NCBI GenBank assembly: GCA_000320545.1
Contig: ADNK01001300.1
Span: 1-49,013, forward strand
Reading direction: 5' to 3'
Origin: Bigelowiella natans CCMP2755
Lineage: Eukaryota; Protista; Cercozoa
DNA length: 49,013 nucleotides
The notes beneath the pieces were generated by a model. That model saw nothing but the letters and a program-made list of their open reading frames with translations, searched no databases and had not been told where the DNA came from. Within the stretch, counting starts at the first letter, position 1. Every line of letters begins with the position of its first letter. The translations under genes were made by a program, and so were the position numbers. This document shows, piece after piece, positions 1 through 14,313 of this stretch.

Positions 1-657
1 GAATTTCACACCAGCGGTATCCATACAAATCTCGTGATTAGTCTAGAAGTGATATGGTTGCCAAATTTTTTTCCAGGCTATGTGGGAAAAAGCAGCGGCT
101 CCCCCTTGGCAGTTTCTCAAAAATGCTATTTAGAATAATATCGTTTACCAATTGCCGTACTGTAACTAAGGTTAGCAGCCTAAAGGAAGCCAACATCCGA
201 TGTCTGGGACTTGGCTGCATGGCACCGCTACCAAAACTATCCTTGTGGGGGGGGGGGAGAGGGAGATGAGAGAGAGAGGGGAGAGGTGCGACCGTCTGCT
301 CTTCTACCACACACCTACGCATCATGCACGCACTATATTCTTAGGTGCATAACGCTCCAGCTTCGTGAAGAGCTTGTCCTCCTCGTCACGTACAGCCCCC
401 AGGACTCCTTCAACACGTGTCGCTCTTGCAGCGCAATAGACATGCTCGGTACTACTACTGCTACTGCGACAATCCATACGCTGGTTTATTTTATATTTTT
501 TTAGGAGAGGGGGGGGGGATACCGTGCGTGAGCTGCTTACACGCACAATCGCATGCGTGCGCGCGTGTGTACCGAGCCACGTCGTGGCCCGACTGTTTAG
601 GCAAATAGAAGCCATGGATTATATGCTCCCTGTCGTGGGCACCACGCGCTGAACTCT

Positions 658-828
658 TTAATTTTTGGCCTTTGCGATTGTAGAGGGAGGGCACGGAGGA
701 ATCGGCACGTCAGAGCGCAGGAAGCTCCTCGTGAGTTGCAATCGAAGGGCATGCCTCTCTGCTGCTCTAAACTCTTGTTTGAGGCCCATCCTCCTTATGC
801 GTATATTTTGGCGAATTGTGTGTGTTTG

Positions 829-861
<33 letters not shown>

Positions 862-2229
862 CTGCATCAGGCTCTCTCTCTCTCCCCCCCCCCCCCCCCC
901 CCTCTCTTTCTATACCCATGTAGAACCAATCACAGATACCTTGCTTCCGAACGCAAGTCTGGGTAAGTAGTAGTAGTAGTAGTAGTAGTGCCTTCTTCAG
1001 CTGAGAACTTTCTAGAAAGAGAGAGAGAGAGAGAGGGAAGGAGAGAGAGAGAGCCTGATGCAGTTGAAGGAGGGCACCGACCAATTCAGCATATAACGAA
1101 TGCTTTTACAAAATATAATGTGCATGTGCATCTTTGCATATGTGCACACAAACAAACACACACACGCACGCACACATATACATATTTATATAATATCACC
1201 ATTCTCTGTGTATTGTGCGTGCGTGGTACGGCTTCGTTCGTGGCCGTGGGGACTGATCGCTGCACGTGCCGCCACAGGACCGCGCGTTGCGCAAGTATAT
1301 CTCCAGCCTGCTGTCTGAGCCGAGAAAGAAGCACCTGATTTGGTGTGGGGTAGGACGTGTGTCTCGCTGCGTGAAATACATCGAGTATTTTGTCTATCAC
1401 CCACTCACCATTACTAAGATGCCTTTTATGAAGGATATGAACGCCCTCCACGACGTGAAGAAAGACCGACTCTTTCGAAACAGGGGCGAAGGTGGGACCT
1501 AAGCAAGGAAGGAACACTGGGAGAGGAGGGGGGGGGGGAGGGGGCTGAAAGATGGGAATGCATGGGTTTTGTGCGCGTCGTTATTGCCATGTCGCTGCTG
1601 GTAGGAGCCAGTGCCAAGTCATATGTGTATCTTCACGTGCCGAAGGGCAATCGAGCTGAAAAGGAAAAGGTGCGTAATAGCAGTAGCAGCAGTAGTCGTA
1701 GCAATGGTTGCAGGAAGAGGAGGAGGAGGAGGAGGAGACGGGGCAGGTGTTTACTTGCTGCTGCAATGTACTGATCTGTATTCCATAAGCGGAGTGGTCA
1801 CTCGTCATGACGACGACGTGAGGTCGTTCGTGAAACGCACGCGCCCCGCATGATACGTACGCGCTCGCACACTTCCAGGTGAAAGAGCTTGGAGGCGTTT
1901 TCCCGCCTCATATCGAGATGGATGAAAAACGGTATTTCTAGTAGTATTTGCCGTAGTAGTGGTGGTGATACTGTCCGGTCGGGAAGCTTCGATGTATTTT
2001 GGACAAATAAATCAACGATGTTGAAGCTAAGCGTGCACGTGCCATCAGCGGTGCAAACTCGTTCATGTGGGCGGTCCCTCCAGGGCTCGATCCTAGCGCT
2101 TTCGAGCGATGGTACTGGGCCTTTTCTTCTGGCGGGAGGCGGGGGGGGGGGGGGGGGGGTGGTAGATTTCCACAACGAATCATATGCTTATGGTTTGACC
2201 AAAAGTCACCTGCCATTCTTACAGTAGTT

Positions 2230-2262
<33 letters not shown>

Positions 2263-2574
2263 CTACCTCTCTTCCTCCTCTTACAGTTCTAGTTAGTGTA
2301 GAGACAGAGCAAATATCGCACAATATGCCCTGCACAAATAGGTGGCCGAAGGAAGTCCGCGTCACCCGAAACTTCAGAAAGTAAGGGAGAAGACACATCC
2401 AACAAGCAGAGCGATCCCCTCGCTAACTCCGATCCCTACCGCCCCGCTCTCTAGATGATAATAACTTAGTTTTTTTTTGGAGAATACTCATGATATTGGG
2501 AAGGCTTGAGATGGCCTGGAGCAGACATCATTTCCTTCCTCTTCTTCTCCGCATCGTCTTTTCAGTTTGGTTAT

Positions 2575-2619
<45 letters not shown>

Positions 2620-3007
2620 TGTTGCTGCTGCTGAAGGTACTTCGATCTCCTCGGTCTTGTGGATGCATTTCGCTGCCTGCACCCCAAGAACAACGGCCAT
2701 CATGGTATGGCAGAAACACCACACCCAGCAACGCTATGAAACAACAACGATGACAAAAACAACACAGCCAACAATGATTATTTGTATACACACATACATG
2801 TACACATGCCTTGACGGTGAGTATCACCAGGAGAAGACGATGAGTGCTTCACGAATCTCCCCTGCAGAAGGACGCGCTTAAGGTAGTACGGTGGTGCTAA
2901 AGCTCGTGCAAGAGCATGATGAATCATAGCCAGAAATGGGCTTATCTTTGTCGTACAGCGACTGCAATAGCGCGCGTCGGTGTTGCTATTGCACGCCTAT
3001 ACTTGCC

Positions 3008-3045
<38 letters not shown>

Positions 3046-3472
3046 CGCAGACTACGATGCTGCGCTTACTCACTGTGGCGATGAGTAGAATGAATCAAAT
3101 GATTTCGCGCCTCATATGCCTCTGATAATACACAATAATAAATGGTAACGACGAACAAAGATTGGACTACTTCATCGTGTCTCCGAGTTTGAAGTCTCGT
3201 TTGGCAGAATGCATCATCGACAGGTGACGGTAGCGTGTTTACCGCCCGGTCGGTGGGGGAGGGGGAGGGGGAGAGGGGGGGGGCAGTGGATCATAATCTT
3301 GCGATAATTCTGGGGTTTGAAGTTGATATTCTGCATTTTCTTACATGACATGAATGTCTCCCAAACTATGATAATTGATGGCGCGAATGTGCGTTTCTGC
3401 TGGTGGTGTCGTTGTCTATCTCCTCTCACGTGTTTGTATGGTTCGTGTCGTTGGAATCGAATAGGCACTCAT
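658..3472 (-). CDS. Uncharacterised multi-exon gene; boundaries tentative and it may extend left of 658
   Basis: Protein-like segments between microsatellite introns with minus-strand GT..AG ends: MSAYSIPTTRTIQT|gtgag at 3472, an exon at about 1409-1499 ending ATG|GTGAGT, and a last segment RMGLKQEFRAAERHALRLQLTRSF...AKN* at 658. No family recognised. Confidence 0.35.
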
Positions 3473-4040
3473 GCGGCTCGGATCATCTTCCTGTCATTTT
3501 AAAGTTTAAAGCACAGTAGTAGGGACGCTGGGTGAAACAGTGGACACATTTATAAAGTGCTGGCTCTCGAAGGTTTAGTTAATCAGATGCCGCTATATAT
3601 CTAGACGACATCAGATCGACGAAAGAACACGCGCAGCTTCTATCGACCTCATTTGCGCGCTCATTGCATCCCTTATAGCACATGCCATGCGTGATGTGCT
3701 GCGATGTGCTGCTGGTCATTACGTACGTCGTTGGGTAATTTATTACGTGCCTAGCTATTTGTGCGCGCATATTTAAACGCTATATGTAATGTTCGTTCTG
3801 CGTGCAAGACAAGCTGTTGTCAGTTTAGCAGTGTACGCAAGCGAGCAAACACGGCGCAAGCACAAAATACTCAGTACGTTAAATGTTAAGTTACCCGTAA
3901 CTTCCGAACTAACCGCTACGCCTAAACGCATGTTTGACCATGCGCCACACACCGAGCTGCTGCTTTTTACGCATATCACATGCATAGGCTGCATGCTCTT
4001 TCTATGCCCTTACTAGCTTAATGCTAATGGCACTTCATGT

Positions 4041-5094
4041 TTAGCTTTTAGAAGGTTTCTCTAAGACCCCGCTTGCGATTAGAAAGTCTCTGTAGCGGTG
4101 GAAAGCTTCAGGACTGCACGGCACAACATGCCCGAGTTCGTGTTCGTAGAGCTAGATCAAAAGCGAAGAGTTTATGAATGCAAAATAAAGGAATAAAACA
4201 CCAAAAAATGCAATGCAACCTCAGAGCAGTCATACGCGAAGCTGTCGCACACTCGCCGTCCTTGTTCCGGCGGGTTGATCTACCATGCGGATTGCGTAAG
4301 AGGGGGGTGGCAGTCAGTGTGCAGGGCAATACAATATCAAGGCGAAATGTGGTGATGGGGTGCGAGGAAGCAATATGGACAGTAAAATCGGTGGAGGGAT
4401 AAACGCCACCGTGTCGGCTGCCCCAACCACATGAAGCAGCATGGTTCTCTTCGTCGGAGAGCTGCCATCCCCCTTCCCCATTACGCCTTTCTGCTTTTTT
4501 TCTCTCTCACGGAAGGACTCCAGATGATTCTCGAAGGGTTTCGGCCACGCACAGCCGTTCAGAATGACGTTCTTAGCACTGTGGAGAGGCGATTTGTCGG
4601 GAGATGCCTAATTTCAAGCAGAATTAATCTCTGGACAATCGTTAACATAACGCCGAGCCGCGCAGAGAGAGGATGGGAGGAAGGGGGGGTGAGGGGAAAG
4701 AATGTGTAGCATGCCTCGCACCATGATCGCCGCGAGGAGAATCGCTCCTTGTGAGTGACCCCACAGAACATCAAAGGGGCCCTGCGAAAGAGTATTTATT
4801 ACGCAGGACGATGAATGTTGGATATTCAACGTGAAAAGGGAGAGGAAGCCAGGCGCAGGTGTGCAGAGAGAGTGGGAGGGAGGGGGGGGGTACGGGAACA
4901 AGAAAGAGAACCACCGACAGGTAAGAAGAACTTTCAATTTCATGGTAGCGGGGAGAATTGGTCGAGCGATTGACGCCATTCTTTGGTGTACGATATAAGA
5001 AACCTCTTCGTTCCATAGTTTTTCGAGCATGTTTATGGATTCCCTGACCCTTACATTTCGTACAATTCAACAGTCATGATGCAGCACATACATG

Positions 5095-5182
<88 letters not shown>

Positions 5183-5987
5183 TACGAACGTATACTACAC
5201 CCGATGTACTCTTCCGCTTCGAACGACCGTATTCCTTCCGGAAGTGTCCACCAGGCTGTTGAACATTTTAACGGGAAGAGAGCGTGTTATTGCATCGTTG
5301 CTACCTAGTCCCTTGCTTTGTTGTAAAGCGATTATGATGATGATGACAATGATTATCATCAATCCGAACGATGATTAGAGACTACGATGGTGAGGATATT
5401 TGCTACAGCCACCATGGCAAAGACAAAACGATGAAGGGAAGGAGAGGGAGAGGGCAGCCAAAGAGCGCAAAGTAGAGGGCGAATGGAATGTGTTTGACGT
5501 CGTTCGCGGTACAAACCATAGCCGTCGCTCCTCGAATCCAAGAGAAAGGGGGCCGTCGGGAAAACGAAATCAATCTCGCTGATTAGTGTCACATCTGCTA
5601 TTATTTACCCTCATAAACGACGCACATTAAGCCGTGTTTGGACCTCGAGAATTCGTCAACTAAAGGTGCCAGCCGCCTCCGAAACTCGCTGCCATCCCCC
5701 CCCTTCCCATGCAGCATTAGGGCATGGGTGCGACGTCCTTCCGCGTCCGCGAAGGTTCGAAGACACCGTCGAGCTCCGCCCGCAGTGCAACGGCCAGACG
5801 TATACGCACGCCGTACGAGGTGCGCAGCAGAAGAGCCCACCCGCCGCACAGATGAAGCTGCCACGGCTACGAAAGCAGCCATGACGAGCGTCCCAACAAC
5901 GACGACGACAACGACAAGGAAAGCGGCGATGATAGGCGCGGCGACAACACCTCTCCTTGTCCTCGTCCTCCCCGTCGTCCTCTGCAT
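4041..5987 (-). CDS. FSH1/DUF341-type serine hydrolase (alpha/beta hydrolase) with an N-terminal hydrophobic plus Ala/Ser/Arg-rich leader
   Basis: Spliced exons give ALMLHGKGGDG, IDFVFPTAPF, AWWTLPEGIRSFEAEEY, GPFDVLWGHSQGAILLAA (GxSxG nucleophile), VILNGCAWPKPF, LHVVGAADT|INPPEQG (Asp), and LYEHELGHVVP (His), with TAA at 4041-4043. Confidence 0.85.
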
Positions 5988-6254
5988 GCACTCTCTTCTC
6001 CTCAACAGCCCGATCCGAAGGGTCGGGTGGTCGTTCGCCGACCTTCCGAACTAGCAGTTTCAGTTGAGTTTCCGCCTCGCTCGACCTGTCGCAGGTCAAA
6101 AACCGCTCATATTCTGTACTTGTCGCAGCGTGCAAATCCCCCTCGTTTTTGCCGTAGAAGCAGCCGTTTCGGAAATAAAAACGGGTCCCCCAACCGGGCT
6201 GAACAGGCCAGAACCGAGCAAACAGCTCAGGAGCAAGCCAGTGCTCGTACTGCA
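5988..6254. promoter_or_regulatory. Short bidirectional promoter region between the hydrolase and the channel gene
   Basis: Head-to-head starts 267 bp apart, CpG-rich and free of microsatellites. Inferred from gene geometry only. Confidence 0.45.
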
Positions 6255-6996
6255 ATGGCTTCCACCAGCGGGACGCGGCTAACCTCGGCCAGCCGTGAGT
6301 CCTCCTTCCATCAGGACTATGGGGCCATAACGCAAGATCTGGCCCGATCGGATAACGAGGAGGAAGGGAAGGAGGAGAAGAAGGAGGAGGACAACCAGCG
6401 AATTTCCATAGGGGGGAGTAGGCGACGGCTCAGGATCAAGACACTCGGCGGCGGAGAGAGGAAGAAAAGATCCATTAGGTTTTTGGGTGACGAGCAAGAA
6501 GAGAGGGTGGAACTTACCCCTTCTAGTCCAGGGAAGAGCTTGCGAGAGTTAAATTCGAGCTTACCTAAGACTGAGGAGAAGACTGCCTTAGAGTCCTCAT
6601 CGGCCTTCATCTCCATCGCAGAAGTCGCAAAGAAGAGTAGAGCCGGGGGGGAGGGTGTCGATGCAGATAATCTCATGTCTAGCATCAGCGAGAAAAGGGG
6701 TACCGATGACGGCTTGCTCGCTTCTCAAAGAAGACGGAGGATGATGATGCGGCGAGCTCGGAAGAGTCGGCGTGGGGCCACGTTCTTCAAGTCGCGGTAT
6801 TGTTTCCAAATGAATGACGAGAGGAGTGTCACCTAAATTTGAAGCTTGGCAATGTGCATGCTATCCTCTCTCAGGATCAACCTCTTGGGTGGAGGCACAA
6901 CAATGCTCAAAATCTCACGGAACAGCCTCGATGCAGAAGTAGGAAGCGGCAGCCGACTAGGGGCTCGGCCTTCTCTCAGTCGCGGCGTTTGTAATA

Positions 6997-7049
<53 letters not shown>

Positions 7050-7503
7050 AGTAGCAATATCACGCGCTCGCATACATGAACACACACGAATATACACGAA
7101 CACTCGAACACACACACACACACACACACACACACCTCACAATATCGACAGAAAGACACACTCACGCGCACAGATACGCACACGAATATGGCGCACACGC
7201 ATGGCAGCAGGATGTCACGAATATTGGCTCATAGCACTAAAACAAAGAGATTACTTATGATATATATATATATATATATATATATATCTAATTATGTATA
7301 ATATGCCTCATAGTACGTGCCATGACAAGAAGAGACCTCTTCAAGGGCAGTGAGAAGAATAAGAGCCGCATTATCGGAACCGACTCAGACACCATACCGG
7401 AAAAAGACATCACTCCCAAGATCAATCACTCGTACACGAAATATACCTGTGCATGACTATGAGTATGATAATGATAATGATATATATATATATATATTTT
7501 TTT

Positions 7504-7549
<46 letters not shown>

Positions 7550-7607
7550 TGTATCAATGATGAAGAGGCGAAAGAGAGGAGAGAAGGAGGGCGGGGAGAA
7601 CGCGGCT

Positions 7608-7642
<35 letters not shown>

Positions 7643-7863
7643 GATAACCTGATTAAACACAAACAGATGGTTGTACTCCATGCTTAACCCGAGCTCCAAA
7701 AAACCTCAGGTGCTACTTGTATTTCTTCGATATTCGCCAATAAACAAAATCATCATGAGAGCAAAACTGAGAATCCATAGCAGTATAAAGAAGAACGTAC
7801 ACGGATTATTGGGACTTTTTGTAGGGCATACCCTGTTGCGCACACACAAATAACGAGCGTACA

Positions 7864-7904
<41 letters not shown>

Positions 7905-8443
7905 ATATGGCCTTCTATGCATGAATTTCACCTGTAAAGGACGAGATTAATATCTCCCACTGTTCTTCTCTCCCTTTCTTGCTTTATCTCCTGGCTCCAA
8001 ATCGGCACCCCCACTCCTTCCCACCCCACCCCTTCCTGCTGCATAGGCCATTGTGTATAAGTACATAATGGCGTTGTTGATCGTCGTGGACACAATCATG
8101 TTCATCCTCTCCACGGAGCCAGCCTTTCAAGATCGGATTTCAATGTAAGAGGAGGATTTAAAAGGGTGGGGGGGACAAAGAAGATAACGAGCACAGGGAG
8201 GGGTGGGGCTTGGAGACCATGTTCCCGCCAACCACTAATATAAAATTAATTCGTGATATTCTACGGCTTCACATCTTCTATGCTATGCTTTCCGTCGTTG
8301 CTATGAATTGCTACTCTCGCCTACCCCTCCTCCTACCTTCCCCGTCTCTCAGCGTCTTCGAGTTTGAAGTGACCCTGATGAGCGTCATCTTCCTTGTGGA
8401 GTACTCTTTGAGATTGTAATTGTTCTCCAATAAAAACTTGCAC

Positions 8444-8485
<42 letters not shown>

Positions 8486-8509
8486 ATGCGCACATACATA
8501 CGCAGGCAC

Positions 8510-8554
<45 letters not shown>

Positions 8555-9085
8555 AACTTATTTATATGTAATGAAGTGATGGTGAGTAGAGGAGGAGACG
8601 AAGGAGAAGTAGACGGACATGTGTGTTAAGTAGAAGTCGTTCATCCCAATCTCGTGCCATAATACTACTTGCTGCGAGGGGAAACCGAGGATAGCAATAA
8701 CGACGCTGTGGCGACGTCTCCCACAGTCCCTAATTCACGCACCCCCCCCGCATACTAGATACGTGGTCACTGAGAGTCGAAAATACCGCGACCCTTTTTG
8801 GGGTAGAATAAGGTCATCCTACTACGATCATCATATAAACTTACTATTTATATTCTACCTGATACATGTGCGTGAAGTGTGGTAGTTGCGCTCAGTCCTC
8901 AATTATCGGGCCCTCCCTTCCTTTACCGTTATTCATCCTTAGGTTCGTTGGGTCAATGTCCGCTCTCATAGACGCAGCGGCGTTCATGCCTTTCTTCCTT
9001 CGCTTCCTGTTTTGGTAATAGCATTGGTACTAGTATTAGTAGCAGCGACAGTGGGAATGGCAGTAACGTTAGCCTAGTGATAGAT

Positions 9086-9121
<36 letters not shown>

Positions 9122-9561
9122 TGTTTGCGTTTGCACGCGCGCGTGTGCGTATGCATGTAAGAGTGATAGCATTTAGATGTACCCTGTGCTCGTCTCAGGG
9201 AAGATTTCATCGTTATTAGTTCCCTTTAAGAATGCTTTTGTCCGCCCCTTCTTTTCCTCTTCCTAACCCTCCGACGTATTTCACTTCTCCTCCTCCTCCT
9301 CCTCCTCCTCCTCCTCCTTCTCTATACTACAACAAAACACACTGCCACCACAGGCATCCGATCCCAACTTTATCATACCTACGCGTCCTTCGGCTCCTCC
9401 GAATACTGAAGACAGAAAGATATGCGGAGGCGTGCGCGTCGGCATGGCGGGTGATCCGATTTAATGGCGAGATTCTCATCGTCGCTGTCATGATGTGCCT
9501 TTTCCTCCTGCTCTTCACCTCCACGGCACTGTCAGTAAGCGGACGAGTGGGCGAGCAAGAT

Positions 9562-9603
<42 letters not shown>

Positions 9604-9698
9604 TTATATTAATGTGATGGAAGGAAGTGCGAAGAGAGAGAGAGGAAGAGCTGGGGAGAGCTTCTCTTTCGTTCTCATGAACGTGATATTGATATTTT

Positions 9699-9735
<37 letters not shown>

Positions 9736-9759
9736 CAATTATATTTTAATTATCTCATA

Positions 9760-9802
<43 letters not shown>

Positions 9803-12299
9803 CGTGTGTGTGTTGCGTGCTTCATTTATTCCCCTTTGTGCTATCACTCGACATTTATTCTCTAGTCCTCTAACCCCTCCTCTCCTTTCCATTTCGCCTC
9901 CCCATCCCCTCCATCGAAATATGAATAAAACAGCTACTACCTTCAACCCGGACTCAAACACGATACGGAAGATTTTCAATCGATCCCTGCATGCATGTAC
10001 CTCGCCCTTCTCATGCTTACTGGACAGGTGCTAGGGAAATAATGTGATGATGATGATGATGATGAAGACAATGAAGGAACTGTTGTTCAAAGGACCTGAT
10101 AATTGGTTGTTCCTATCTTTTATATTATATCCTCTTTCTCCTCCTCCTTCTCCTCCTCCTCCTCCTCCTCCTCCTCCTCCTTCTCTTGCTGCTGCTGCTT
10201 CTTATTCTCATTCTCATTCTTATTTTGGTTCTTCCTTTGCTGCACTTATCCACAACATCATCTTCGCATTTGAAATTGAAAGGGGGTTCCAGAGGGCCAG
10301 TTGCCGTGGTACACAAAGTTCATTGTTATCATGACTACGTGCTTTTCAGTGGCAATGTTCGCCATTCCATCGTAAGTGCCCGTGGAATTGATAAAAAGGA
10401 TGATCACAGCGCTGATGATGACGAGGAGGATATATCTCGTATCTTTTGTCCTCCCCTCGCCCCCTTTCACCCATATTTTCTTACTTATCCGTTTCCGATC
10501 TGTTTCGCTTCGTTGTGGTGTGATGAGAGTGGCACGGCTATTCATCATGTTGCGTGCAAAATTGGGATCCTTTATTGCGAAGTTTAGAATCCAATTTTGA
10601 GCTTACCTTTTGCTAAGTTTTGGTATGTTCTGAATGCGGCGATGTGGGATGCAGATCTATGTTGACGTGGGGGTTTGAGGCGGAGGCCATTCGCATGGCG
10701 CGTAGCAAATATATCAAGGATAAAAAGAAGGAAAAGCACTTCCAGCTTCATAACGAGGTTTGAGGGGAAGCTCATGTTGTCATTCTGTTTCCTCTCCAGT
10801 AGCTAGGAGAGAAATAGTCTAATAAAATGTTAGATCGACGTATACAATGAGGGCACGTAGATGCATAAATGTGCAAGCGCATCTTCACGTCCCTTTCCTC
10901 CTCAAATACACGCACAGGAGATGCCCGAGAGCGATAGCTCATCTACGTCGAGCGAGGGGGGAGGCAATTCCAGTGACGAGGAGTATTTTAGGCAGATTGC
11001 TGGGATTGTCGTTGAGCAGGTCCTTAGTGATACAGAGCAGCTCTCTTCCACAAGTTCGCAACCCCCCCTCCTCTTCCCGTAGTCATAACTGCCGCAATGT
11101 CTATGAAATAGTTACAAAATACTGCGTCCTCCACAGCAAACATGTTGTGGCGGAGACTTCTACTGTTCGCCCCTCTCTTCTGTTGGTAACATTTTCACGA
11201 TGATTCCGTTTTGCCAAGGAAATAGCAGAAGAGGCCATTCCGATACCACAATTTTGGGTTACAATATTTCTTGCCACAATTCATGCGTACGTAGGGTGAT
11301 GAGGAGGAGGAGGAGGAGAAGGAAATAGAGAACGAGGCGAAGGAGATTTTTAACGAAATTGATTCGAACCACTCCGACAATGTGTCCTTCAAGGAGTTCC
11401 TTGATTTTTGGAAACGTCACTGCGCACAGGTGAGTAGTAACCAACAATAGCAGTAGCAGTAGTAGTAGCAGTAGTAGTAGTAGTAGTAGCAGCAGCAGCA
11501 GTAGCAGGATTATTGAACAGGTACTACTAAGTGTGTCCACGATGGCTTCCTCTTCTCACTTATTTTTCTCCCTTCAATCAATAGGGCATGCTAACGTCAG
11601 GATCTCCCAGGAACGACAACATCAGCGGCCCATTTCCAAACGCTCTCCACATGCATAATTTTCCACCACCATCCCCCCCTCCACAGCCACTGGATGGTGA
11701 CAACAGTCGTAAACATCATCATCATCATCACCACCACCACCACCACCGCAGTAATCATCATCAGCATCAGCAAAGACATCAGGGCTCTTCTTCACCACCA
11801 TATGCTCACAATCATCGAAAGCCTGATACGGTGCCGCGCCGAAACTGCAGGGTGGCTAGACAAGCAAGGAAATCAAGGGAAGGTGAGAAAGCACCATCGC
11901 TTTCACCGCACTCGAACTCCCACGTCGGAGATAATGATGAAGAAGCTATGGCTACTAGACCTGGTCATGGAAAAAATCATTATTACAAAAGTTTTCGTTA
12001 TAAAGACGCGCACATTCGCCGTGGCTGACAATGTTCCCCCCCCACACCCCTTACTCCCATGAGTTTCTGCTTTTGTCCGTTGCGTGAAAGTTCGAATGTC
12101 GATGTGAAATAGAACTAATATATCTTTTCTGACTGAGACGTCCGGTTGCTTGATTTTGATGTGCGAAGATCTCTCATCCAGAGCCCGACAAGACATATTA
12201 GACCTGAAGAGAGATGTTGAAAGTGTGAAAAGCATGCTGCAGAACATCCTAAGTCTGATGGAAGAGCAGAAAAGGACGTCATCGTCATTGCTGCGATGA
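6255..12299 (+). CDS. Voltage-gated-type 6TM cation (K+-channel-like) ion transport protein with C-terminal EF-hand, poly-His tract and coiled coil
   Basis: Exons give IMALLIVVDTIMFILSTEP (S1), VIFLVEYSLRL (S2), SALIDAAAFMPF (S3), YLRVLRLLRILKTERY (S4), FQSIPACMYLALLMLTGQ|GVPEGQLPWYTK (pore), FAIPS|MLTWGFEAEA (S6), EIFNEIDSNHSDNVSFKEFLDFW (EF-hand), and an end LDLKRDVESVKSMLQNIL...LLR*. Confidence 0.85.
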
Positions 12300-13260
12300 A
12301 CCTGGTGACTTTGGCCGCAACAGGTACGCTTAGCTGCTTCATTAAACTTTCAAATAAAGTCACTGTGTCAATAGCTAGATAGACAATGTACACGTGTGTA
12401 TAAGATGTTTCTAGCTGTATCTGTACAAAACATTTTGCTCATCACTTACATGAACAAAGTACACAGCTGTGAAGGTGTCATGATAGCGATGCATGCAAAT
12501 GAATGCCAAACGAGCCAAACGAGCTATGGCTAGATGGAAGCACGCTAGCACGTAGAAGAGGGCGGAGTGTGCATTGACATCGAACGCGGCCTACCTAGAT
12601 TCTGTAACAACATGATTGAATGTACTACGCTACATGCACAACTCTACCGACAGATGAGTGAACATGCACATTTAGCAAGCGGATGGATCATGCCAGCATG
12701 AGTGTGGTTGTTCATCTGGGATGACATGCTAGCATGTGCAAGCAAGCAAGTCCCAGCCCTAAATCACGTTGCACATCACCGCAGCACCGTGCTGGCCCGA
12801 CAAAAGCCTAGAATCTATCATTCTCAGGATCCGTGCAGTGTCGCTTCGACTAGTCGAACGCGTTTCCGACTCATTTTGGCTTGTTGCTGTGTTCCTGGGT
12901 CGAATCTGTCTAGCTGTCTAGCTGTGGGTGAACCAATTCCTGGCATCTCTCACAATTTCGTGTACGAATTTTGAACTCATCTGATATGGCGTCTTGCGCC
13001 GCGAGGGACCGCAATCCTAGAGTTTTTACATGAAAAGAATCATGCGTGCTGTGCTGAAAATGTAGATGCATGCCAAGTAGCTTCATTGAATAGCAGCTGT
13101 GGGTGCGGCATGAAAATCGGCGCAACCAAATCGAAATGCATGCGCACAGAAGCTAGTCATATGGATGATCAAATGATCCGCGCTGCTACATGTGTAATTC
13201 GGCTGAAGGTGCAGCATTGTAATTGTCAATGTAGATCTCTTCAAAGGTCTTCAGTTTTTG

Positions 13261-13549
13261 CTACATCTGCAACAACATTGTAGATGGTACATATTCAATA
13301 TACAGGTCGCCAGAAGGGATGCTATTTGAAATCTTGTAGGATTCGAATCTTCTAGCTGCTATGGACTGCATGAAGCGTTGAGCTAGAGGTGGATGCTGCG
13401 GCAAGCTTCCAAGCGCCATCATGATGAATGAATATAGCATGTGAATTTCTGGTATGTCTCTCTCAAATACATCTTGTAGGATCTGCATCGCCTAAATGAA
13501 TACTCAACCTCAGCAAGCATTTATGAACTGGAAGTCTTGGATAAAAAGA

Positions 13550-13616
<67 letters not shown>

Positions 13617-13624
13617 GTGTGTGT

Positions 13625-13664
<40 letters not shown>

Positions 13665-14313
13665 CCTGGGCAGCTTCTAAATAGCTCACTGCTTCATCTA
13701 CAAAGTAATTATAATTGTTGAAACCAATGTTGGGTATATTTGCGACTTCCCATTTGTTGATGTAAGTATTCACTTCCCCAACTAGGTATCTCAAGACCCT
13801 AAGTTCTCCCCCCCAAGCTGCTATCATGGAGAGTGTCCATCCGTTGGCGTCGATATGATCGGACCTTGCTCCAACCTTTTCTATTAGTGCCTTCACTAGT
13901 TCGATGTTCCCGTTGAGAGCGGCATGCATTAGAGCTGTTCTTCCAGAAGCATCCTTAGCTTCGACGTTGCTACTGGCCTCCATCAGGTACCGCATCGTTC
14001 ACATGTGCCCAGGTGAGTTTTTAAGAGAAGCACAGAGTAGTGGAGTCCAACATTTTGTGTCTCTAGTATGAACATTAGCCTTGGCATCTATCAAAACTCG
14101 CACAGCGGAGGAACGGCCCTCTCTTGCGGCAAGAAGCAAGGGAGTTCGCCCTTCATCATCCTTGAGCAACACGCTGGCCCTCATCTCAATGAGCTCTTTC
14201 AACAACTCACAATTGCCTACTTTTGCCGCTGCAAGGACTCTGTGATCATTGACAATCTTAGCAGGGGGAGATGACGGGGGATTGGACGAGAGGCCGGATC
14301 CACAGCCCCCCAT
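13261..14313 (-). pseudogene. Ankyrin-repeat protein with an MGGCGS acylation-like N-terminus, interrupted by an in-frame TGA at 13999-14001 (possible pseudogene)
   Basis: Ankyrin motifs GRTPLLLAAREG, CWTPLLCAS, GRTALMHAALNG and GWTLSMIAAWGG. ORFs 13999-14376 and 13510-13995 are in the same frame (GHM*TMRYL). A microsatellite intron precedes a last exon AMQILQDVF...QM*. Confidence 0.75.

Noticed and set aside
13999-14001. Selenocysteine readthrough of the ankyrin TGA
   Set aside because: The position is not a Cys/redox site in ankyrin repeats and I could not identify a SECIS. A nonsense mutation is simpler.
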